From Frankiales bacterium (GTDB taxonomy: Bacteria; Actinomycetota; Actinomycetes; JAWWOW01), in the NCBI GenBank assembly GCA_033851265.1, contig JAWWOW010000016.1, positions 21,438-85,437 on the forward strand: a stretch of 64,000 nucleotides of DNA. Reading direction: 5' to 3'. The translations under genes were made by a program, and so were the position numbers. Each line of letters opens with the position of its first letter. Position 1 is the stretch's first letter. Under the pieces are notes generated by a model. The model had not been told where the DNA came from and did no database searches. It worked only from the letters and a program-made list of their open reading frames with translations. This document shows, piece after piece, positions 38,699-47,434 of the stretch.

Positions 38699-40059
38699 GA
38701 CGCATGCCTCGGTACTGACGCCGCCGGGTCCGGCTGACCTGTCGGCCGCGGAAGGAGGGTGCCGTCGCGAGCCACAAGTTCGCCGTGGAACTCCTCCGGG
38801 TGCGCTTCCCAGCCATGCTTCTCGAGGGCTCGGACCAGTGCGTCGACCGCCTCGACGTCGAACTGCGCCCCCTCCCACTTGCGGAGCTCGGTGACGGCTT
38901 CCTCAACCGACTTGGCGGAGCGGTAGGACCGCGTCGACGTCATCGAGTCAAACGCGTCCGCGACCATGATGATGCGCGCGAACTCCGGGATCTCTTCGCC
39001 GGTCAGGCCCATCGGGTAACCGCGACCGTCCATGCGCTCATGATGATGAACGACGCCCGTTAGCGCGTCTTTCAAGAACGTGATCTCGCGCAGCATCTCG
39101 TAGCCGCGCATCGGGTGCAGCTTGATCGCGTCGAACTCGGTGTCGTTGAGCTTGCCTTGCTTCTGCAGCACCTTGGTCGGTACGCCGAGCTTGCCGACGT
39201 CGTGCAGCATGCCGGCGTACCGGATGACATTGACGCGGTCCTCGCGCATTCCCCACTCGCGCGCGATGAGCACCGTGGCGCGGGACACCCGCTCGGAGTG
39301 ACCCCGGGTGTAGTAGTCCTTGGTTTCTACCGCCTGGATGAGGGATCGCACGGTCGAGTCGTAAGCCTGCTGCTCTGCGGCGTATTGCGCGAAGGTCCAG
39401 CGCGCAACGAGCAAGGGAACAAGCACCAAGATGCCGGCAAGGATGGACACCCTGACCCAGAGAACGGCCATGAGCAGGCCGAGGATGCCGTAGGCGAGGT
39501 ACGAGATCGCCGCCCACGACAGGCTCCCCCACCACACCGCCATCAGTGAGGACCCCTCGGTCTTCGCAACAACGATGCTGACGAGCGTTGCGTTGACCAG
39601 GTAGTAGGTCGCAGTGACGAGCGCCGACACCAGCAACAACTGAGCGACATCGAGGCGAGCATCTGTCAGCGCGTCCCGACCACCACCGACGGCGAGATAG
39701 ACACCGCCGGCCGCCAGCCCGGCGAGACTGAACTGTGCCGAGTTGAAGACGCGCTTCATTGCGAACGAGTTCTTAACCCTGAATTGCGCGCCGTCGAGCA
39801 ACCCAACCAATCCGGCGCCGAGCGGACCCGTCAGTAGGACAGCGGCCATTCCGACGGCAAAGCTGGTTGAGGTTCGCAGGCGTGACGACGATTGGATTCC
39901 AAGAGACGCGCAAAGCCAGAAGAGGCCAGCCAACGTCAGCACTGAAAGCCACGACTCGCCGCCGCTGGGCCGCGCAAACCAAGAGACGGTCAATCCAGTC
40001 GCCGCAGCTATGACCAATGCGACGACATACAGCTTCACGCTGCGGGGGATCGTCGTCAC
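38695..40059 (-). CDS. membrane-anchored HD-GYP domain protein (putative c-di-GMP phosphodiesterase)
   Basis: It has HSERVS...MLHDVGKLGVP and HHHERMDGRGYPMGL, with an N-terminal multi-TM sensor region. It starts at a GTG with a GGAG RBS. Confidence 0.85.
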   Translation of the reverse strand: MTTIPRSVKLYVVALVIAAATGLTVSWFARPSGGESWLSVLTLAGLFWLCASLGIQSSSRLRTSTSFAVGMAAVLLTGPLGAGLVGLLDGAQFRVKNSFAMKRVFNSAQFSLAGLAAGGVYLAVGGGRDALTDARLDVAQLLLVSALVTATYYLVNATLVSIVVAKTEGSSLMAVWWGSLSWAAISYLAYGILGLLMAVLWVRVSILAGILVLVPLLVARWTFAQYAAEQQAYDSTVRSLIQAVETKDYYTRGHSERVSRATVLIAREWGMREDRVNVIRYAGMLHDVGKLGVPTKVLQKQGKLNDTEFDAIKLHPMRGYEMLREITFLKDALTGVVHHHERMDGRGYPMGLTGEEIPEFARIIMVADAFDSMTSTRSYRSAKSVEEAVTELRKWEGAQFDVEAVDALVRALEKHGWEAHPEEFHGELVARDGTLLPRPTGQPDPAASVPRHAS

Positions 40060-40692
40060 TCGCCGGCTCCAGGGGAAGAGTTCGCAGACGGGGAGACGGG
40101 GACCGACAGGCTCTGGCGCTGAACCCGGCCCGGATTAACTCCAGGAGTGGCCAGCACCTGCGGAAAGGATGTGCTCGATCACCGCAGCAATTTTCTTCAT
40201 GTGGGCTATCGCCCCCCAACGGATCGATGTCACAGGCACCGCTATGCCTGTGCGGATCCGCTCCGCTAAGAACAAAAGGGAAAGCCAAAATGAAGGTCCT
40301 GCCGGTCCCGATCTCCCCGTCTGCAGTTGTCAAGCTCGCCGACCCCGCGCCCGGCGGTTGTAAAGCCTTTGCTCGAGCCATTCACTCCAGTGTGTTTCGT
40401 GTTAATTGGAGTGAACCGTTGAGGTCACAGATCGTCAAGGGAAACTAACGAATAATGACCATCCCGGTTACGGGGTTCCTTGGTCCCTCGACGTAGGTCC
40501 CCACCTGCTTGAGGCGTTTAGACACGCTACCCCGACGTCTGTCCCCTCGTGTCCCAAACGAGAAATTTCGCGACGCACCGTTCGAGATTGGTGCGAATGC
40601 AGCGCACACCGTGATCAATCGGCCGGTACCCTGCGAAAAATGGCCGGCGTTAGGGGGAGAGGTTCCGTGACGGGACCACGGGGGCCGGTGCG

Positions 40693-41199
40693 ATGACAAG
40701 CCGGGAGCCCCGGGCTCAGGCCGCCTACGCAGAGCTCATCCTCGCTCTCGTGGACGCGCGCGCCGACCCAGCGACGACGCGTTTCGACCACGAGCTCGCC
40801 CAAGCCATCGAAGACGGCCGCATCGACCCGGAGACCGCGCGGACCTTGCGTTGGTGGCAACGAGAGTCGGTGCGCGGTGTCCGGGATCACCTTGCCGACG
40901 TACTGCCGCCACTACTGGGTTCGCTCGAGGCCGCTGCCGCACAGGCAGCAACGGACGCGCAGTCGTCGGAAGAACTGTGGCGCGACACCTTGTCTGGAGC
41001 TTCAACAAAACCAGAAACAACGACAGATGTTTCGGCCGAACGGGCTACCGAATCCGGACAAGATGTCGCATCACAACCACGTGTCCTCAACCTTCCGATC
41101 GATCTCACCGATCGACGACGCAGGATGGTTGTCGCCGGCTTGGTCTCCGCAAGCGGGGCTACCGCACCGCGCGGCGCAAGTCAGGAAGGACGCAGATGA
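40693..41199 (+). CDS. hypothetical protein
   Basis: 168 aa with good GC3 bias and no motif I recognise. Its stop overlaps the start of the next gene (ATGA). Confidence 0.6.
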   Translation: MTSREPRAQAAYAELILALVDARADPATTRFDHELAQAIEDGRIDPETARTLRWWQRESVRGVRDHLADVLPPLLGSLEAAAAQAATDAQSSEELWRDTLSGASTKPETTTDVSAERATESGQDVASQPRVLNLPIDLTDRRRRMVVAGLVSASGATAPRGASQEGRR

Positions 41200-41843
41200 C
41201 AGTGACGACGCTGCGCCTCCTCCCCGACCTCGAAGACGCACTGCGTCAAATCCCCGGGATCAAAGCGGCGAGTGTTGTTACGTCGGCGGACGCCACGCCT
41301 ACCGAGATCCACGTGCTCGCGAATACGGCGAAGTCTGCGAAGCAGATCGTCCGCGACATTCAGTCGCTGGCGATGGCGCGCTATGACCTGGACATCGACC
41401 ATCGCATCGTCAGCGTCGTGCAGTTCGATGAACCCGATGAGGGTGACAGCGCGGAAGCTGACATCGCACCACCGCGGCCCGTTGTGTCCGGCATCACCAT
41501 CCACATGTCAGGCGAGACTGCGACAGCCACCATCACGGTGACCCTTGGTGGCGGCAGCTTTGAAGGCTCTGCGTCAGGATCCGCGTCGTTGTCCGCTCGC
41601 CCTCGCCTCGTCGCCAACGCCACGCTCGGTGCTCTGCATGAGTTGTTGGGCACGCCTGCTGAGGTCGACCACGCCGCAGTGGTTCAGGTGGGCGGCCGGG
41701 CCGTCGCCGTCAGCGTGCTGACACTGAACGTTCCACGCCAGGGCGAGCAGCTAATGACGGGCAGCGCGCTCGTCCGCGGCGACGAAGCCGATGCCGTTGC
41801 CCGCAGCGTTCTCGATGCCCTTAACCGACGACTGGCCGGCTGA
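41196..41843 (+). CDS. hypothetical two-domain protein
   Basis: 215 aa from the ATG at 41196 (MTVTTLRLLPDLEDALRQIPGIKAASVV...), translationally coupled to the upstream ORF. I recognise no family. Confidence 0.65.
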   Translation: MTVTTLRLLPDLEDALRQIPGIKAASVVTSADATPTEIHVLANTAKSAKQIVRDIQSLAMARYDLDIDHRIVSVVQFDEPDEGDSAEADIAPPRPVVSGITIHMSGETATATITVTLGGGSFEGSASGSASLSARPRLVANATLGALHELLGTPAEVDHAAVVQVGGRAVAVSVLTLNVPRQGEQLMTGSALVRGDEADAVARSVLDALNRRLAG

Positions 41844-41898
41844 GAAATCTCGGTCCGTGTGAGGATGGGCGCTCCGCACGCAGTCCAGGAGGTTCTCG

Positions 41899-41973
41899 AT
41901 GGCCAAGCGCGCCCGTAAGCGCCGCGCCCGCAAGAAGCGCAAGGCGAACCACGGCCGGCGGCCTAACGCCTAG
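41899..41973 (+). CDS. 24-aa ribosomal protein bL37 (actinobacteria-specific)
   Basis: ATG with an AGGAGG RBS 6 nt upstream. The product, MAKRARKRRARKKRKANHGRRPNA, matches my recollection of mycobacterial bL37 (...KANHGKRPN.). It is too short for the ORF track. Confidence 0.7.
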   Translation: MAKRARKRRARKKRKANHGRRPNA

Positions 41974-42012
41974 CCGGCCTCGACATGCAGCAGGCGCCCG
42001 AACGCCTAGTTC

Positions 42013-42990
42013 TTAGCGGGCTGCGGGCTCTCCGTGCCGCGCAACCCAGGCGGTCCACGCGCTCGTCACCATGTCCCGCAGGTCGAATTTCGCGGTCCAG
42101 CCCAACTCCGCGCGGATGCGATCGACGGCCGCCACGATGCGGGCGGGATCACCCGGCCGCCGCGCAACGATCTCCGGCTCGACCGAGAGCCCGGTGACCT
42201 CGGCCACCATCTTCATGACGTCGAGGACGCTCGAACCCTCACCTCGCCCGATGTTGTACGTCGCCGATGCGCCGCCACCGACAAGGTGGCGAAGCGCAGC
42301 AACGTGCGCATCTGCAATGTCCGCCACGTGTACGTAGTCGCGAATGCAGGTGCCGTCCGGCGTCGGGTAGTCCGCGCCGAAAACCCGCGGTGACTCCCGC
42401 GCGCTCAGAGCTTGGAACACCAATGGGATGAGATTGAAGACGCCGGGATCGCCGAGGTCAGCCGACGCGGCGCCCGCAACGTTGAAGTAGCGCAGTGAAA
42501 TCACGCGTAGGTCGGTGACCGCCGCGACGTTGTGGCCAATCCATTCGCCAATGAGTTTCGTCTCGCCATATGGGCTCAACGGCGCAGTCGGGGCATCTTC
42601 GGTGACCCGGTCGAGGTCAGGCATGCCGTACGTCGCCGAGCTGCTGGAGAACACAAAGGACTCGACGCCAGTGTCGACCGCCGCCCGCAACAGGCTCGTC
42701 AACCCGCCCACGTTCTCGCGGTAGTACAGCAAGGGGTCGGCCACCGACTCACCGACCTGCTTCTTCGCGGCAATGTGCACGATCCCACCGACACCGTTGT
42801 CGGCAATCGTGCGGCGTACGACGTCCTCGTCGAGAACGCTGCCCTGGACGAATGTCGCGTCTCCAGTACGACCGGGCTCGCCGGTCGAGAGGTCGTCAAT
42901 GACGACGACGTCTTCACCTTCGGTCTGTAGGGCGCGTACGACGTGAGCGCCGATATAGCCGGCGCCTCCCGTCACCAACCAGGAGGTCAC
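42013..42990 (-). CDS. galE: UDP-glucose 4-epimerase
   Basis: 325 aa with TGGAGYIGAH and a YxxxK short-chain dehydrogenase pattern (SPYGETK). Confidence 0.85.
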   Translation of the reverse strand: MTSWLVTGGAGYIGAHVVRALQTEGEDVVVIDDLSTGEPGRTGDATFVQGSVLDEDVVRRTIADNGVGGIVHIAAKKQVGESVADPLLYYRENVGGLTSLLRAAVDTGVESFVFSSSSATYGMPDLDRVTEDAPTAPLSPYGETKLIGEWIGHNVAAVTDLRVISLRYFNVAGAASADLGDPGVFNLIPLVFQALSARESPRVFGADYPTPDGTCIRDYVHVADIADAHVAALRHLVGGGASATYNIGRGEGSSVLDVMKMVAEVTGLSVEPEIVARRPGDPARIVAAVDRIRAELGWTAKFDLRDMVTSAWTAWVARHGEPAAR

Positions 42991-43021
42991 TCGGGACGAA
43001 ATTCGTCAGCCTTCGCGCGAG

Positions 43022-43306
43022 TCATTCGGCGCGAAATTCCAGACTGTCTATTTCAACGCGCACCGATTGGATTCGGAGCATCACCTTGCGCCGCAACGCT
43101 TCTGGGGCGACGTCGCAACCACATGACCGCGCGATCAGCGCCTTGACCTCTTGCTCGATACCGAACTCGCGTAGGCATGGCGCACACTCGTCGAGATGCT
43201 GGCGGATCTTCGTGCAGTCCGCATCATCGATCTCACGGTCGAGATATAGGTAGACCTGTTCGAGTACGTCCGAGCAGTCAACCTCGTGTGGATCGCCGCA
43301 GCTCAT
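43022..43306 (-). CDS. rshA: zinc-associated anti-sigma factor (RsrA/RshA type)
   Basis: 94 aa with the ZAS motif HLDECAPC plus upstream Cys residues. Its ATG overlaps the sigH stop. Confidence 0.88.
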   Translation of the reverse strand: MSCGDPHEVDCSDVLEQVYLYLDREIDDADCTKIRQHLDECAPCLREFGIEQEVKALIARSCGCDVAPEALRRKVMLRIQSVRVEIDSLEFRAE

Positions 43307-43944
43307 GCCCGCGCTCCTCCGCTGTCCCCGAGCGACGCATCGCCGTCACTCGCACTCCCGGCCGCGGAAGGGACAAGACCGCGTTCTTCGGCATACTCCT
43401 GCAAGGCCTTGCGTAGGCCTCGTCGACCACGGTGCAACCGCGACATCACGGTCCCGATCGGCGTACCCATGATCTCGGCGATCTCTTTGTAGGCAAAGCC
43501 TTCGACATCGGCGAGGTAGACAGCGAGCCGGAACTCCTCCGGCAATGCCTGCAGCGCTGCCTTCACATCGCTGTCAGGCAGATGGTCGAGCGCTTCCATC
43601 TCGGCGCTGCGCAGACCGCTGCTGGTATGCGACTCAGCGGCGGCGAGCTGCCAATCCTCGACCTGCTCGGAGTTGCTCTGCTTCGGCTGACGCTGCGCCT
43701 TGCGGTAGTTGTTGATGAACGTGTTGGTGAGGATGCGGTAGAGCCAGGCCTTGAGATTGGTGCCCTCCTCAAACTGATGGAAGGCAGCGAAGGCCTTGGC
43801 AAACGTTTCCTGGACCAGGTCTTCGGCGTCCGAGGGATTGCGGGTCATCCGGAGCGCAGCGGAATACAGCTGGTCGAGGTAGGGCAGGGCGTCGCGCTCG
43901 AACCGCTGCGCGCGCTGCTCAGTGGTCTCCTCGACCGCTCCCAC
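43303..43944 (-). CDS. sigH: ECF sigma factor SigH/SigR
   Basis: Region 2 ([24 protein letters not shown]) and region 4 ([23 protein letters not shown]). The short form starts at the GTG at 43944. The ORF stays open to the ATG at 44115 (see findings). Confidence 0.85.
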   Translation of the reverse strand: MGAVEETTEQRAQRFERDALPYLDQLYSAALRMTRNPSDAEDLVQETFAKAFAAFHQFEEGTNLKAWLYRILTNTFINNYRKAQRQPKQSNSEQVEDWQLAAAESHTSSGLRSAEMEALDHLPDSDVKAALQALPEEFRLAVYLADVEGFAYKEIAEIMGTPIGTVMSRLHRGRRGLRKALQEYAEERGLVPSAAGSASDGDASLGDSGGARA

Positions 43945-44153
43945 CTCCTCAGCTCGTACGCCGGCACGGCGTCCTGCGGCCCAACTGGATGACGTGGCGG
44001 AGGATACCCGTGAAGCGACACGTCGGACCCGCTCACGGCTACCGGCGGTGGACGCGTGACCGCGGGGCGGGCGGCGGGAGGCCCGTGGGGCGGAACGCCC
44101 GAGAACGGGGGCCATCGCGTATCTCCTAGTGCCGGCAGCTGACTGCTTGCAAC

Positions 44154-44180
44154 AACACGCGGCACGGTCCCAGGGATTCC
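44154..44180 (-). promoter_or_regulatory. candidate SigH/SigR-type autoregulated promoter (GGGAAT-N19-GTTG)
   Basis: The minus strand reads GGGAATCCCTGGGACCGTGCCGCGTGTTG, about 40-65 nt upstream of the ATG at 44115. The consensus GGAAT-N18-GTT is recalled from the SigR/SigH literature. Confidence 0.45.
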
Positions 44181-44221
44181 CGCCCTCGTCCGCGACCGGA
44201 CACCACGCCTAGCATGACGGA

Positions 44222-44932
44222 ATGGCACGCGTTGTTCCGGCGACCGACGCACGCTCGGTCGGTCAAGGATCGGGCTACCACCCCGCCGTTGAGGAATACC
44301 TCGAGACGATCTTCGAGCTCGAGGAGTCCGGCGTCCCGCCCATGCGCGCGCGACTCGTTGAACGACTACACGTCTCAGCCCCGGCGGTTTCGGAGACCGT
44401 CGGCAGGCTCGAGCGCGAGGGTTACGTCACTCTCGACGAACGTCGGGTCGTGCACCTGACCGACCACGGTCGTCGCTACGCGACGTCAATCATGCGGCGG
44501 CACCGGCTCGCCGAGCGTCTGCTCGTCGACGTACTCAAGGTTCCGTGGCACCAGGTGCACGAAGAAGCTGGCCGGCTCGAGCACGCCATCAGCGCGAATC
44601 TCGAGAACCACCTTGTGCGGCTCCTCGGTGACCCCGCGACGTGCCCGCACGGCAATCCCATCCCTGGCTCAGCTAACAAAGCTCCGGCGGGTCCTGTCCA
44701 TGCACTTGCTGACGTCACCCCCGCTGATCAGGTTGAGGTACGCCGGATCAGCGAGGAGATCGAAGCCGACGTCGAGTCGATGCTCTTGCTCGAAGAATGC
44801 GGCTTGACTCCGGGCTCGACCGCGAACGTCATCAGCGTCGATGGCGACGTCACGGTGCGGACGATTGCGGGTGAGTCACTCGTGCCGGCGGCGGTCGCTA
44901 GCAAGGTGTACGTCGCGGTCATCACTGACTGA
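44222..44932 (+). CDS. DtxR/MntR/IdeR-family metal-dependent transcriptional regulator
   Basis: It has YLETIFELEE, SAPAVSETVGRLEREGYV (wHTH), the metal-site region HEEAGRLEH...CPHGNPIP, and a C-terminal FeoA/SH3-like domain. Confidence 0.85.
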   Translation: MARVVPATDARSVGQGSGYHPAVEEYLETIFELEESGVPPMRARLVERLHVSAPAVSETVGRLEREGYVTLDERRVVHLTDHGRRYATSIMRRHRLAERLLVDVLKVPWHQVHEEAGRLEHAISANLENHLVRLLGDPATCPHGNPIPGSANKAPAGPVHALADVTPADQVEVRRISEEIEADVESMLLLEECGLTPGSTANVISVDGDVTVRTIAGESLVPAAVASKVYVAVITD

Positions 44933-45482
44933 ACTGCGGGAGCCATCGACCGACTGCTCCTGACACCGCGTTGATCGCGCTCGCCCGTCGCAACGAATGA
45001 TCTGCGTCGGAGACACCGACGATCTCCGTGTCGGTCAGCTGCAACGCGGTGATGTCAGCGCTGCTACCAAAGGCGTCCCGATCCCCTTGTACGACGAGAA
45101 CTGGCACTCCCGCTTCGCGTAACTCTGACGAGCGCTCAGATTGCGGCCGACCTGGCGGGCGCAACGGAAAGGCAAGAGCGAGGACGCCTACCGCGCCGAG
45201 CGACTGCGCCGTCCGGCAGGCGACCCGCGCACCACTCGACCGCCCGCCCAAGACGACGGGCACCCGGGTCAGCCCCCGGCGCCGGCGCGCAGCATTCACA
45301 ACGGTGACCCACGCTGCATCCAGCCGCGGAGCAGGCGCAGGTGAACGACGACCGAGGACGCGGTAGGGCTGGGTGACGCGAGCGACCGCCCAGCGCTGCC
45401 GCAGCGCGGAATCATGCGCCGTCACGAGGTCGGGGGCGTCCACGCCGCCGCCAGCGCCGTGACCCAGAACGAGCAGGCCCAC
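44922..45482 (-). CDS. alpha/beta hydrolase family protein (KANL3/Tex30-like)
   Basis: 186 aa with LVLGHGAGGG and GGRSSGARVA (nucleophile elbow). Confidence 0.6.
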   Translation of the reverse strand: MGLLVLGHGAGGGVDAPDLVTAHDSALRQRWAVARVTQPYRVLGRRSPAPAPRLDAAWVTVVNAARRRRGLTRVPVVLGGRSSGARVACRTAQSLGAVGVLALAFPLRPPGRPQSERSSELREAGVPVLVVQGDRDAFGSSADITALQLTDTEIVGVSDADHSLRRASAINAVSGAVGRWLPQFSQ

Positions 45483-45573
45483 CGGCGATTGCCCGGGGAT
45501 GGTGAGGTCTAAGCCGGCTGTGCCGCTCTCAGTAGCGACGCGAAAACTGTTGCGGCGGTCTGCGCTCAGCGAG

Positions 45574-45933
45574 TCAGCGACCGCTCTCAGCGCGGGCTTG
45601 GTCGGCTACGCAGCGCGCCGCCTCCGGACGTGCGTCGAGGCGCTCTTCCGGGAGCTCCTGACCACAGACGACGCACTTGCCGAAGGTGCCACCGTCGATG
45701 CGTTCGAGCGCCGCACGGATCTGCTTGGCCTGCGCACCGAGCGCTTCGATGACCGCGCTCTCGCGGTCCGCGTCGGTCAGGGCCGCGCCCGGGTCCGACG
45801 TGTCGATGTCCTGGCCGCCGTTGGTTGCCGGGATGGCGTTCTCGGCTTGAAGGGTCGCCACGGACCGGTCGACATCGGCGAGCATCTCCTCGAGACGCTT
45901 GCGGGCGACAGCGGGATCCACGGCGCTCCTCAA
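45574..45933 (-). CDS. TraR/DksA-family C4 zinc-finger protein
   Basis: 119 aa with a coiled-coil N-terminus and CVVCGQELPEERLDARPEAARC. Confidence 0.8.
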   Translation of the reverse strand: MRSAVDPAVARKRLEEMLADVDRSVATLQAENAIPATNGGQDIDTSDPGAALTDADRESAVIEALGAQAKQIRAALERIDGGTFGKCVVCGQELPEERLDARPEAARCVADQARAESGR

Positions 45934-45974
45934 TCCTTCGGTGGTCGGAACATCTACCTAATCAGGTGCGCAGG

Positions 45975-46736
45975 TCAGAGCAGTGCGGGCACATCATCGG
46001 GCACATCTTCGGCTGGCACCGGGTCGATGAGGTGGGCGCCCTCGTGCCGAACGTCATTGACCTCACGGCTAACCGGATAGGCCTCCAGAACACCAGGGGC
46101 AGCGGGCGTGAGCAACGAGCGGATCACTCCCGGATCCTGCTGGGCAGGGTCGAGCCACGTGTGCCACTGCGCCGGGTCCACCATGAGCGGCATCCGGTCA
46201 TGCACCTGACCAAGGCCGTCCTCGGCGGTGGTGGTCAGCACCGTGACGCTGAACAGCCAGGCGTCGTCACCCTCTTTTTCTGGGTCGCGCCAGAACTCAT
46301 ACAAGCCGGCCATAGCCAGGATGGAGCCGTCTCGCGGCCGGATGAAGAACGGCTGCTTCACCTGCTTGCCGTCCGGTCCCGTGCCTTTCCACCACTCGTA
46401 GTAGCCATCGGCGGGCAGGAGGCACCGCCGCGCCACAAACGCGCGACGGAACGACGGCTTCTCGGCCGCTGTCTCAATCCGGGCGTTGATCATGCGGTTC
46501 CCGATCGAGATGTCCTTCGCCCAGGAGGGCACCAGCCCCCACCGCGCCACCCGCAGCTGGCGCACCGGCACGTCGATGTCCTCGTTTCTCGGCGTGCGCT
46601 CAACGATCGCGTAGACGGGCTTGGTCGCCGCGACGTTGTAGTCGGCGTCGATGGAGCCCTCAACCCGCTCGGGCCGGATTCCGAAGCTCGCTGCGATGTC
46701 CTCAGCTTTACGCGCCGAGGCATAGCGGCCACACAC
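45975..46736 (-). CDS. SOS-response-associated peptidase (SRAP/YedK family)
   Basis: The start was set at the GTG at 46736, which puts the catalytic Cys at position 2 (M-CGRYAS...). It lies next to aroA as Rv3226c does in M. tuberculosis (from memory). Confidence 0.8.
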   Translation of the reverse strand: MCGRYASARKAEDIAASFGIRPERVEGSIDADYNVAATKPVYAIVERTPRNEDIDVPVRQLRVARWGLVPSWAKDISIGNRMINARIETAAEKPSFRRAFVARRCLLPADGYYEWWKGTGPDGKQVKQPFFIRPRDGSILAMAGLYEFWRDPEKEGDDAWLFSVTVLTTTAEDGLGQVHDRMPLMVDPAQWHTWLDPAQQDPGVIRSLLTPAAPGVLEAYPVSREVNDVRHEGAHLIDPVPAEDVPDDVPALL

Positions 46737-46738
46737 GG

Positions 46739-47302
46739 TCAGCCTCCAAACGGCGGCAGGACTGCGTTCGGCGAGGCGCTCGGACGCGGCAGCAGCGGGC
46801 TGGTGCCCTGCCGGGGCGCGCCGATTGCAATCAGCCACTGCGTGCGGCACTGCGCTGCGACGTTGAGGCGGATCTGCCCGAAGGTCCCGGACCGGACGAA
46901 CGGCGCGTCGGCCTGCCCAGGCTCGGCGTCGCCGCGCCCGAGCGTGAAGCCCTTGCTCGGGAACTCCCGGAGCACGAACAGGACCGATTCACGCAGCGAG
47001 GTGGCGGTGCTGAAGCCGACGATCGTCAGGACCTGGTTGGTCTGCACCACCTGCGCCTTGGTGGCGCTGGGAGGCTTCGGGACATCGGCCGGCAGCGGGG
47101 CCGGCCAGCGCCCCACTCCCGACGCTTGATCCAGCCCGGGGCAGGCGACCACCGTGGGAGATGGGGGCCGGCTAGGAGCACTCCCGGTGGACCCCCCGGA
47201 ACTGCAGCCCGCAGCGATCACGCAGAGCGACAGGACGATCAGCAGGGCGTGAGAAGTCCGCCGCACGAGGCGTATCGGACTTTTTTCGGCCAGGACGTTC
47301 AC
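46739..47302 (-). CDS. hypothetical lipoprotein
   Basis: 187 aa with signal peptide and lipobox VIAAGCSSG. Its stop lies 2 nt from the SRAP start. Confidence 0.6.
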   Translation of the reverse strand: MNVLAEKSPIRLVRRTSHALLIVLSLCVIAAGCSSGGSTGSAPSRPPSPTVVACPGLDQASGVGRWPAPLPADVPKPPSATKAQVVQTNQVLTIVGFSTATSLRESVLFVLREFPSKGFTLGRGDAEPGQADAPFVRSGTFGQIRLNVAAQCRTQWLIAIGAPRQGTSPLLPRPSASPNAVLPPFGG

Positions 47303-47434
47303 CCAAGTAGCCTAATGGGCAAGATTAAGGCCACGCTCCGTGACCGAAACCGGACGAAACACCGGGAGCGTGGTTGATTCTTGACGCGGACTAGAGCAAA
47401 CTGCCCACCAACTACGTAGCAGGGGGTAACCACG

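Noticed and set aside
40290-40448. A 52-codon plus-strand ORF (MKVLPVPISPSAVVKLADPAPGGCKAF...) in the long intergenic region.
   Set aside because: It has a weak RBS, its GC3 bias decays in the second half, and I recognise no homology. It is mentioned in the findings but not called as a gene.
40060-40692. A c-di-GMP riboswitch (GEMM-I/II) as the leader of the HD-GYP operon.
   Set aside because: I could not find the conserved GCACAGGGCAAACC / GACGCAAAGCC-type elements on either strand.
43945-44115. Including the 57-codon N-terminal extension in the main sigH CDS call.
   Set aside because: Sigma homology starts at about 43944. The extension is kept as a hypothesis (a two-isoform model) rather than a feature.
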